Assembly (NCBI GenBank): GCA_035529655.1
Contig: DATKWH010000131.1
Location: forward strand, 1-50,544
Source: Candidatus Bathyarchaeia archaeon
GTDB taxonomy: Archaea; Halobacteriota; Syntropharchaeia; Alkanophagales; Methanospirareceae
Reading direction: 5' to 3'
DNA: 50,544 bases
Positions 9,364-16,690 of this stretch are shown here, piece after piece (position 1 is the stretch's first letter; each line of letters starts with the position of its first letter). The notes beneath the pieces are model-generated. The model had not been told where the DNA came from and ran no database searches. It saw only the letters and a program-made list of their open reading frames with translations. The translations under genes were made by a program, and so were the position numbers.

Positions 9364-10257
9364 TCATCCAAACGATGGACATTTTTCTTTATAATTACAA
9401 AAATTGCATTTCCATTGATTTCTTTCTCCCACAGAGATAGGTTTTCTCCTTCCAAGCCAGTAATCCAAAGCCCATTCCATTTTTTTACTAAAAAATCTTG
9501 GATCGAATTGGAATTCCTCTGTATGAATCTCCTCTCTTGTAATTTGGTAGATATATTTCAGCTTTATCACATCCGATAGTTTAGGTATTTTTGCTATCTC
9601 TTTATATATCTCTTTAATTTGATTATCCCAAAAAAATCTATTATCATAAAGAGGCTGTGATTCTGAAGGTATTTTTAGACTATTCATGTATTCCTCACTT
9701 AAAGAAATGGCATCGGGGTCTATTCCAAAAGCAGTGTAAACTTCTTCTAAACCCATACTCTCATTCATCATAGAATTCAATCCATACCAATAAATCATCC
9801 CCTGTATTTTGTCTCGATAAATCTGTGAAGATGATGGGCGTCTATTGCTCGTTCTCGTCTTCGTCTCTGTCATTTGGGTTTTCTTAAACTTCCTCCTACG
9901 ATTCAACGAATCTCTGCCCTCTTCATCTATTTTTCTAAGTTCATCAACGGAACAAAGGATCAATACAGAACCAAATTTAAAAAAAACCTGTAGTTCACGA
10001 GTTAGTCCAATATTCTTATACTGTTTTACACCCATCAAAATGTTATGGAGATTTGTATGCAATCTGTCTGAAGGTGTTTTTATCTTTACTTGCCTTACCT
10101 TACTAATTTCAAGTAGTAGATCGTCATGAATTACTTTGCCCCCTTCCATTTCTTTTGTGCTAATAGCCCCATAATGACGTTTAAGATCTACTTGCATCTC
10201 ACACCAAAATTGTTGTGCGATTGATGATGCCGATACGATATGTAATTCCATTCTCAC
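9364..10257 (-). CDS. Cas4-like PD-(D/E)xK (RecB-family) nuclease with four-Cys Fe-S cluster signature, with an internal basic insert
   Basis: 297 aa. N-terminal Cys in IAQQFWCEMQ; CSVDELRKID and MTETKTR (D...ExK); C-terminal WKCNFCNYKEKCP (C-x2-C-x5-C), the DUF83/Cas4 Cys arrangement. No cas genes or CRISPR array in the window. Confidence 0.55.
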   Translation of the reverse strand: MRMELHIVSASSIAQQFWCEMQVDLKRHYGAISTKEMEGGKVIHDDLLLEISKVRQVKIKTPSDRLHTNLHNILMGVKQYKNIGLTRELQVFFKFGSVLILCSVDELRKIDEEGRDSLNRRRKFKKTQMTETKTRTSNRRPSSSQIYRDKIQGMIYWYGLNSMMNESMGLEEVYTAFGIDPDAISLSEEYMNSLKIPSESQPLYDNRFFWDNQIKEIYKEIAKIPKLSDVIKLKYIYQITREEIHTEEFQFDPRFFSKKMEWALDYWLGRRKPISVGERNQWKCNFCNYKEKCPSFG

Positions 10258-10379
10258 TCTCCAATATATCTAAAGTTCTCTTTGGAATAAAGTTTGTGTC
10301 TATCGATCCTCTTTTTGCACCCACTCTTACGTCTTTAGGCGGCTCACTTTCATCCTCGACAACCGCTGCGCATAAAGGG

Positions 10380-10462
10380 GGCTTTGCATTTTTAATACCT
10401 CTTTTGACCGATTAAAAATGCAGATGCCAGAATAAAAATGCAGAATGAAAAAATGGAAAGTT
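10380..10462 (+). repeat. MITE-like end-module copy A (degenerate right end)
   Basis: GGCTTTGCA at 10380. 30 nt later come two direct repeats, GATTAAAAATGCAG (10410) and GAATAAAAATGCAG (10430), then degenerate AAAAAATGGAAAG. Colinear with copy B at 13661-13746. Confidence 0.7.
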
Positions 10463-10728
10463 TAGGAGCAAAAAAGAAGCACTAAGAACTTTTAAGTTTA
10501 TGGCGGTTGTGCGTATATAGGATAAATGATTCGCCTAACAGTTTTTTATACTCCTTCGGATATTTGATATATATTGTGGTGGTAATGGGTGCGTTGGGTA
10601 CACTTGCCCAAATAATAGCAAGTGGACGGATAATTTTTTAAGCTACAAAATTCAGAAAGTATAGTTACCTTTCGCACTCCTCACCTTATCAAAAGAGGGG
10701 TAAAGAAAAAAGAGGATGTAGTGGTGTT

Positions 10729-11034
10729 ATGGAAGATAAAGAGCGTTTTGAGAAGGCTTTAGGAGCGATTGATCTAAAAGAGCTAGGTGAAATGATAGAA
10801 AAAAGCAATCGACGCGGTAGACTATTTGAGGAACACTATGCAGAGTTTCTGGAAAGGTACGCTGGCAAAATAGTAGCTGTTTCTGATTCTGGAAAGATTG
10901 CATCAGTTCCGTTTACCAAAAATGTCGCAGAAGCGAAAAGGAACTTTAAAACTTTGGAAAGGAAATTGGGAAAAGAGAACCTGCGTGCTGCCGCTTCTTA
11001 TATTCCAGAGCCTAACAAAGTAATGTTATTATAG
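10729..11034 (+). CDS. small DUF5678-like protein
   Basis: 101 aa. EEHYAEFLERYAGKIVAVSDSGKIASV resembles the DUF5678 core (..Y.GkwVAi.dgkvv). Followed after 3 nt by a retropepsin-like ORF, a pairing remembered from archaeal and cyanobacterial genomes. Confidence 0.35.
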   Translation: MEDKERFEKALGAIDLKELGEMIEKSNRRGRLFEEHYAEFLERYAGKIVAVSDSGKIASVPFTKNVAEAKRNFKTLERKLGKENLRAAASYIPEPNKVMLL

Positions 11035-11037
11035 ACA

Positions 11038-11271
11038 ATGTGCTTAGGGTACTTTTCTAAAGAAGGTCGACCAAAGTTGGATGCAGTTCTATTCAGCACC
11101 AATTTATCAGCACAAGGGTCTATAAAGTTCCTTTTGGATACTGGAGCCGACATAACTTCGATAACTCTGAAAGATGCTTTGAGGTTAGGGTTCAATGTGG
11201 ATGAAATAGTTACTGAAGAAAATTGTAACTTAGTGAAGGTGTTGGAGGGGTACAGATGTTTATCCAATTAG
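11038..11271 (+). CDS. retropepsin-like (clan AA) aspartic protease, apparently C-terminally truncated
   Basis: 77 aa with the FLLDTGADITSIT active-site motif (DTGA). Typical family members are roughly 120-140 aa. Confidence 0.5.
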   Translation: MCLGYFSKEGRPKLDAVLFSTNLSAQGSIKFLLDTGADITSITLKDALRLGFNVDEIVTEENCNLVKVLEGYRCLSN

Positions 11272-11338
11272 AGATAGCTTAAGGTTTGTTTTCATTTTTT
11301 TATGCACATAAAAGGAGATAGAAAAGCAGGATGGGCAA

Positions 11339-13375
11339 ATGTGGGTAATTAATGATGATTCGCTATTTGGATCAATTATAAAGAATCCCGGTGCGAATAA
11401 AGAAACTATTGAAGCAATAAGTGAGTATGTCTATGATGAAATAAAGTTAGATACTATTTTTAAGATTGAAAAATGGTTAAATGCTTTGTTAGCTCAAGAG
11501 CGAGTTTTGCCTATAACAAAAAAAAGACATCGAGATCACTTACTGCATGCATGCAGAATAGCTGTAATGGGAGAAAAAATTTTAAAGGGAAAAATATCCA
11601 CTAAAAATAATGAAGAGTTTACGTTACTAGATTTGATTACAGAACTGTTTAAAGAAGGATATAAAGATCCAAAGAAAAGAATTTGGCGTGAATATTTTGA
11701 TTATCATGAAATAGACTTAAATGACGAAGAGAGCTTGCAGGAAAAAATACTACAAATATGGTACATTGCTTCTTTGTTTCATGATATCGGATTTATTTAC
11801 GAAACATTTGAAGAGACATGGAGAAGCATTGGAGTTTTAAAGGACACTCCCAAGTTTTCGGAATTATTCTCTGATGTTAATGCCAGTCTTATGAAATTTC
11901 AAAAAAGTTATTTACTTGAACAAACTCAAAAGGAATATAAGTTTGAAATCCCTGGAAGATTTGGCCACGCAGCTGCAGGAGCATCAATATTATATAATTT
12001 AGTCGGTAAAAAAAATCTAAATTGTGATATAGCGGCGGATATCGTTTATCATCATTCAATAGCTAGTCCAATGGCATTTACAGATCATCCTCTCTTGGCT
12101 CTATTAATATTACTAGATGAAGTACAGGAATGGCAACGGCCGGTTATATTGAGAGGCAGAAGTCCGGAAAGAGACTCCGAGCCAGATTTACTTAATACTG
12201 AGGTTCAGTCGGATAGATCTAATAGTTTCGAAATGACTGTAGACAATAATTTAAAATTTGAGTTTATATTGAATTATGGAGATAGACTAAAAATTTTACA
12301 AAAGACAGATTTTAGCTTCCCCTATTTATTATATTCTAAATTTAACAATTTTCAGTATTTAAGGGTTAATGGTACCAGAACAAATAAACTACCAGAAGCC
12401 GTAGTTAAGAAAATTTGTGGGTTAGACAACCTTGAGCTTTCAGGTGCTGTAAAAATCCAGTCCGAAGGCGAATTAGCAAAACATTGGACTCGGCAATGTG
12501 ACCTCCTCAGACGATGGGCTATAGAAAATGGTAACATAACTATAAGAGATTGGCTAACTAATGTTGTCAACATTGATTATAAGACGCCCGTATTTGAAAG
12601 TACTTTAAATATATTTGAATCGCCACTAAAAATTGATGCTAATTTTGAGACTGAAGCTATACAAACTGCTTTCGATCGTTATTTAGAAGATAAAGATATT
12701 ATTGATGAGGAGTTCAACGCAACTCATACCTATAAAAAAGCTAACAATGATCAAGTAATCTGGCATCCACATATAGAAAGGACCTTAATTTTAAAGAATA
12801 ATTCGGCTAGAGAAACCGTAGAGCGTCTGACAGCTTATTTTGGTAATATTAGAATTAAAAAATATGGGAATATTAAAGCATACGCTGGATCCATCCCATT
12901 GAAGTATAAAATATTATTGCCCGAGAAGAGAATTAATGGCGGAATAGAGTATTATGATTGGATTGGACTTGTTTTTTTTCTTAAAGAAAGCGGGTTGGTA
13001 TTAGGTACTGAGCCACTGAAAATTAATTATGATATAGAAATATTTATGCCCACTTCAGATTTAAAATGTGGGTTAATAGATGAAATCAACAACACGCATT
13101 TGTATCCTATAAAAAAGGGGAAAGTAACTGTATGTTGGGACAGAGACTTATTTTGGGAGAAGAGATTTTTTGGAACAATAGCGTATGAAAGTATAGAAGA
13201 GCGGGACCGTATTTTATCTAATCTATCATCTATAAAAAATAAACTTCAAGCCTTCAATCTAGAGCTCGATTATGACGTTCAATATCCCGGTCGTGGTGAT
13301 CGTCCTGTTACAGTTGAGTTTACAGAACTAAAGACCGGAGAATCAGCAGGGCTAATCTGGTTTTCCAGAGACTGA
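11339..13375 (+). CDS. HD-domain metal-dependent phosphohydrolase/nuclease-like protein with a ~400-aa unrecognised C-terminal region
   Basis: 678 aa. HRDHLLHACRIA, SLFHDIGF, FGHAAAGA, VYHHS and LLDEVQEW give the H..H / HD / H / HH / D pattern of the HD superfamily. The rest matches no family I recognise. Confidence 0.6.
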   Translation: MWVINDDSLFGSIIKNPGANKETIEAISEYVYDEIKLDTIFKIEKWLNALLAQERVLPITKKRHRDHLLHACRIAVMGEKILKGKISTKNNEEFTLLDLITELFKEGYKDPKKRIWREYFDYHEIDLNDEESLQEKILQIWYIASLFHDIGFIYETFEETWRSIGVLKDTPKFSELFSDVNASLMKFQKSYLLEQTQKEYKFEIPGRFGHAAAGASILYNLVGKKNLNCDIAADIVYHHSIASPMAFTDHPLLALLILLDEVQEWQRPVILRGRSPERDSEPDLLNTEVQSDRSNSFEMTVDNNLKFEFILNYGDRLKILQKTDFSFPYLLYSKFNNFQYLRVNGTRTNKLPEAVVKKICGLDNLELSGAVKIQSEGELAKHWTRQCDLLRRWAIENGNITIRDWLTNVVNIDYKTPVFESTLNIFESPLKIDANFETEAIQTAFDRYLEDKDIIDEEFNATHTYKKANNDQVIWHPHIERTLILKNNSARETVERLTAYFGNIRIKKYGNIKAYAGSIPLKYKILLPEKRINGGIEYYDWIGLVFFLKESGLVLGTEPLKINYDIEIFMPTSDLKCGLIDEINNTHLYPIKKGKVTVCWDRDLFWEKRFFGTIAYESIEERDRILSNLSSIKNKLQAFNLELDYDVQYPGRGDRPVTVEFTELKTGESAGLIWFSRD

Positions 13376-13411
13376 TGCGGGAAGATGGATTCAACAGTTA
13401 GATGAGTGTAA

Positions 13412-13662
13412 ATGTTAGAGCGATTGGACTCCAGATTATATGAGGATGGTAGCTTTGAAATAAAGGAGAAGCCGTTTTATTTACCGCAAGGAAGCGAAGT
13501 TGCGCTATTTGAAGCGGCCTATAAGAACAAACTTCCAGTTATGCTGAAGGGCCCTACAGGAAGTGGTAAAACACGATTAGTTGAGTACATGGCCTGGAAG
13601 TTAGGTCGGCCACTCTTTACCGTTGCCTGTCATGACGATTTAAGCGGGAATGACCTGACGGG
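13412..13662 (+). pseudogene. 5' fragment of a CbbQ/NorQ-family AAA+ ATPase gene, truncated by MITE copy B
   Basis: First 84 codons are nearly identical to 46791-47042 ([26 protein letters not shown]...[38 protein letters not shown]). Homology stops exactly where GGCTTTGCA begins; the frame then reads [10 protein letters not shown]. Confidence 0.9.
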
Positions 13663-13746
13663 CTTTGCACTCAAAATAGTAATTTTCGTTGATTAAAAGT
13701 GCAGACACATGATTAAAAGTGCAGATGTGAATAAAAGTGCAAAGCC
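13661..13746 (+). repeat. MITE-like end-module copy B (complete, 86 bp)
   Basis: GGCTTTGCACT ... GATTAAAAGTGCAG (13691) ... GATTAAAAGTGCAG (13711) ... GAATAAAAGTGCAAAGCC (13729-13746). Termini are inverted repeats; internal direct repeats are spaced 20 and 18 nt. Confidence 0.8.
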
Positions 13747-13759
13747 CATAAAGGGGAAA

Positions 13760-14347
13760 CTATATATATCTTTTCCATAAATCAACGATTCCTCTCCGTT
13801 TTAGCTCAAACAAGCAATTAGCACACGCCCGGACATCTTCTTTCGCGTCGTGTGCACCTTCAAACGGAGTTTCGAAAAGCTTTAAATGAAGTTCTGACAA
13901 GCTGGGCCATTTATAGCTGCCATACCTGCCCGGTATCCTACAGAACTCTGTTGATTGCCTCATTGTGCATATCTTTGGAATTGTGGAAAGATTGTTTGGT
14001 ATATTCTCTCGTATAAATTCAGCTTCTACAATCTTTGCATCAAAGTCAATATTGTGTGCTACTAATATTTCGGTCTGCTCCAGAAAGGATGAAAAATCAA
14101 GAAGTGCCTCCCTCAGAGGAATACCCTCATCCATCGCTCTTTCAGTTGTAATTCCGTGAATTTCCATAGCCTCTCCTGGAATCGTAAAATCGTCTGGTTT
14201 AATTAACATATCTCTACTCTCAACCTCCTGCTCTTCCTCATCAAAAAATGCCCACGCTATTTGAACTAAACGAGGCCAATTTTCCAAATCTGTAGCAGGG
14301 GCAGAATAATTTCTACCTGTGGTTTCTGTGTCAAAGAAGAGATACAT
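13760..14347 (-). CDS. DEDDh 3'-5' exonuclease (DnaQ/epsilon-like)
   Basis: 195 aa. ExoI FFDTETTG, ExoII LVAHNIDFD, ExoIII GAHDAKEDV. Confidence 0.85.
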   Translation of the reverse strand: MYLFFDTETTGRNYSAPATDLENWPRLVQIAWAFFDEEEQEVESRDMLIKPDDFTIPGEAMEIHGITTERAMDEGIPLREALLDFSSFLEQTEILVAHNIDFDAKIVEAEFIRENIPNNLSTIPKICTMRQSTEFCRIPGRYGSYKWPSLSELHLKLFETPFEGAHDAKEDVRACANCLFELKRRGIVDLWKRYI

Positions 14348-14404
14348 GAACTATCCTCCGGCATTTCATATATTAGGTACTTAGGTTAATAAATGTTCCG
14401 ATTT

Positions 14405-14450
14405 TCACGGCGGGCCCTTCTCCACCATACTCATCTGAAGAACATTTAGC
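14405..14450 (-). mobile_element. short remnant of IS transposase 3' end
   Basis: TCACGGCGGGCCCTTCTCCACCATACTCATCTGAAGAA matches 9098-9135 and the end of the IS gene at 17957. Confidence 0.6.
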
Positions 14451-14556
14451 CTTAAGAAGAACAGCAATTCTAGATTTGCGTTTTTGTAATCGAAAGGCTA
14501 CCGAAAGATTAATATACTCCTATACTTATAATTTCCCTATAAGGCGGTAGTTAAAC

Positions 14557-15426
14557 ATGGCCCAAGATATAGTTGTAACACACACTTGGAATCCTATTAT
14601 TGGGTGTCTTCATGAATGTGCATACTGTATGGCCAGAGATATGGCTGAAAGATTTTCGCTCGGGGCCTCATATGCAGACGAGCATTCAAAATTAAGTAAC
14701 GCTAAAAGTAATTCTGTAATTCTAGTTTGCGATAAGTCTGATATGTTTGGGCATTGGTCTTCCGATGACTGGATTATAAGTGTTATTGAAGAAATTAGTG
14801 AAGCAGACCCAAGCATCACCTTCTTATTCCTCACAAGGAATCCGACGAGGTTCCATACCTTTGTAGACATGCTTCCTGAAAACTGTCTACTCGGAGCGAC
14901 CATCGAAACAAATAAAGATGAAATAGGTGAGGAGTATAGTAAAGCTCCTAAACCTTCTGAAAGATATTTGGCTATGAAAGACTTAAGTTTTTCGAGGAAG
15001 TTTATTCACAGTGAACCTTTATTCGATTTCGATTCTGATGTAATCACTAGTTGGATTCGAGAAATCGCACCTGAGGAATATGTTTTAGGACGCGCACCTC
15101 GTATGTCTGATCTCCTAAATCCAGAGAAAAAATCGAAACCGATAGGGGAAATGTACTGCTGGAACTGCGAGACTACAAGAGAGGCAGAAAGAGTCCAAAT
15201 CGTCCCCGAAGTTGGTGATAATGTTCCAGAGCCCCCCTTAGTTACATGTTGTTTAGAATGCCGTGCCATTTTAGAGCAAATAAGAATAACTTGTTACCTT
15301 TGCAAGGATTATAACAGAGCATTTTATACAGGTTTAATGATGCATGGGGGGTTATTGTACCATGCTTTATGTGAAGACTGCAGGAAAGTAGTGGAGGACG
15401 TAGCTGGCCGCCAATTTAACTTTTAA
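14557..15426 (+). CDS. DUF5131 (phage Gp37/Gp68-family) three-Cys protein with a C-terminal multi-CxxC zinc-ribbon region
   Basis: 289 aa. WNPIIGCLHECAYCMA (CxxxCxxC), VCDKSDMFGHW, FLFLTRNPTRF, LPENCLLGATIET and HSEPLF are colinear with the DUF5131 consensus. The C-terminal ~110 aa carries CWNC, CCLEC, CYLC and CEDC. Confidence 0.6.
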   Translation: MAQDIVVTHTWNPIIGCLHECAYCMARDMAERFSLGASYADEHSKLSNAKSNSVILVCDKSDMFGHWSSDDWIISVIEEISEADPSITFLFLTRNPTRFHTFVDMLPENCLLGATIETNKDEIGEEYSKAPKPSERYLAMKDLSFSRKFIHSEPLFDFDSDVITSWIREIAPEEYVLGRAPRMSDLLNPEKKSKPIGEMYCWNCETTREAERVQIVPEVGDNVPEPPLVTCCLECRAILEQIRITCYLCKDYNRAFYTGLMMHGGLLYHALCEDCRKVVEDVAGRQFNF

Positions 15427-15574
15427 GTTCATTGAAGAATTCGTTTTTTTGGTCCTTTGGGTAGGGTCAAATTTAAGACATTATCACTTTCAGTTGGTAA
15501 ATTAAAGATTTATTCTTCCTCAGAAACTTTTTTAAAGCTTTATGTGTGGTGTTTCTTACCACCATACACAAAAA

Positions 15575-16690
15575 TTAAGGGAAGGTAATTACCGCATCAT
15601 AAAGCAATCCCCCTCTCGGACCCTTTCCCTCGATTTGAATTTTTTCTTCTTTCTCTAACTCTAATAATGCATCGTGATAATGCATTATTTTAGCATACCT
15701 ATCCATAAGGGTTTCATATCTAACATTTAGATAAGATAAAGTTCTACCACTAAATCGACCTAACAAAAATCCTTTTAATTCTGATAAATCATCATATTGT
15801 GTTAGAATCATCTGACCTTCTGCAGGACCTAAATATCCAAACCTTCCCTCAGTTCCTGCCTTATACATTATTTCTTTCATTAACTCGCATCCCTTTGGGT
15901 GATTAGTGGCATGGATAAGGTAGTATATAGTTTGTAATCTCGCATCAGCATTAACCTTAAACGGAAGAGTGTACTTCACGTTTGCGCCTTCATGAAGTCT
16001 ATCCCTATACAATTTTAGCAATGCTTGTTCTTGTGTCAAATCTGAATATTCACTTTGCAATATATCTCGGACATTATCTACACCGTATAATTCCTCAATA
16101 CTAATTATATGCGTTGAACTTCCTAAAAATCTATTGACATCACGAATCATAAAAGTAATAAATACTTCGGTTCTTTCAATCGAAAGAATACGTTTAATTA
16201 TTTCAAATGGAACTGCAAAGCCAAAAGGATCAATGAAAAAGAAAGAAGGTGCTAAGTCGCTCCCAACGCTATTTAAAATTTCCGATGCCACATTGCAAAA
16301 TTCGTCATTACGGAGGTAAATATGATCTTTGAGCCACGCATATTTTTGTGGATTTTTTTCTATTTCTTCATCAATTTCATTTTCAAGATTTTCAAAATTA
16401 TTAGTATTTTTCTCAATAAACACACATTTAATTTCTCCAAGATATGAGATTTGTCTCTTAACACTACATGCTGTATCTAATGCTATTAAAGGTGAACCCT
16501 GTTCTCCTCTGTCGTATCTGCCACGACCGGCAAAACAATCAAAATAACAGACTCTACTATGCCGTCGCCCAAGGATTCTGATCCATCCAGAAAGATATTT
16601 ACTCAATATTTCGTGCTTTACTTGCGTGTGCTCCATATACTTCCACTTTTCCAATGAATCATCGGGTAATGGCATTATCTGTATTACCAA
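15575..16690 (-). CDS. tcmP: three-Cys-motif partner protein (TcmP-like)
   Basis: 371 aa. N-terminus EHTQVKHEILSKYLSGWIRILG....CYFDCFAGRGRY...GSPLIAL matches my memory of the TcmP (TIGR04474) signature, including a methyltransferase-like FAGxG motif. Start overlaps the upstream rSAM-like gene by 7 nt. Confidence 0.55.
   Translation of the reverse strand: MVIQIMPLPDDSLEKWKYMEHTQVKHEILSKYLSGWIRILGRRHSRVCYFDCFAGRGRYDRGEQGSPLIALDTACSVKRQISYLGEIKCVFIEKNTNNFENLENEIDEEIEKNPQKYAWLKDHIYLRNDEFCNVASEILNSVGSDLAPSFFFIDPFGFAVPFEIIKRILSIERTEVFITFMIRDVNRFLGSSTHIISIEELYGVDNVRDILQSEYSDLTQEQALLKLYRDRLHEGANVKYTLPFKVNADARLQTIYYLIHATNHPKGCELMKEIMYKAGTEGRFGYLGPAEGQMILTQYDDLSELKGFLLGRFSGRTLSYLNVRYETLMDRYAKIMHYHDALLELEKEEKIQIEGKGPRGGLLYDAVITFP

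Larger units (their letters stand above)
10380..13746 (+). mobile_element. putative composite (MITE-bounded) transposon, 3367 bp, flanked by the direct repeat CATAAAGGG(G)
   Basis: Outer termini GGCTTTGCA (10380-10388) and TGCAAAGCC (13738-13746) are inverted repeats. CATAAAGGGG occurs immediately outside both (10371-10380 and 13747-13756). Confidence 0.6.

Noticed and set aside
9241-10129. Plus-strand ORFs 9241-9579 and 9845-10129
   Set aside because: They are antisense to the Cas4-like gene, with low-complexity F/S/I-rich translations typical of AT-rich shadow frames.
13412-13696. 94-aa ORF as a functional small P-loop protein
   Set aside because: It is the first 84 codons of the cbbQ-type gene, lacking Walker B and everything after it, with a 10-codon tail read from MITE sequence. 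It is annotated as a pseudogene fragment instead.
13691-13746. Possible mini-CRISPR array (also at 23129-23184 and 10410-10443)
   Set aside because: Repeats are only 14 nt with 4-6-nt gaps and at most three units. They have terminal inverted-repeat context and there are no cas genes. This fits transposon-end or iteron architecture, not CRISPR.
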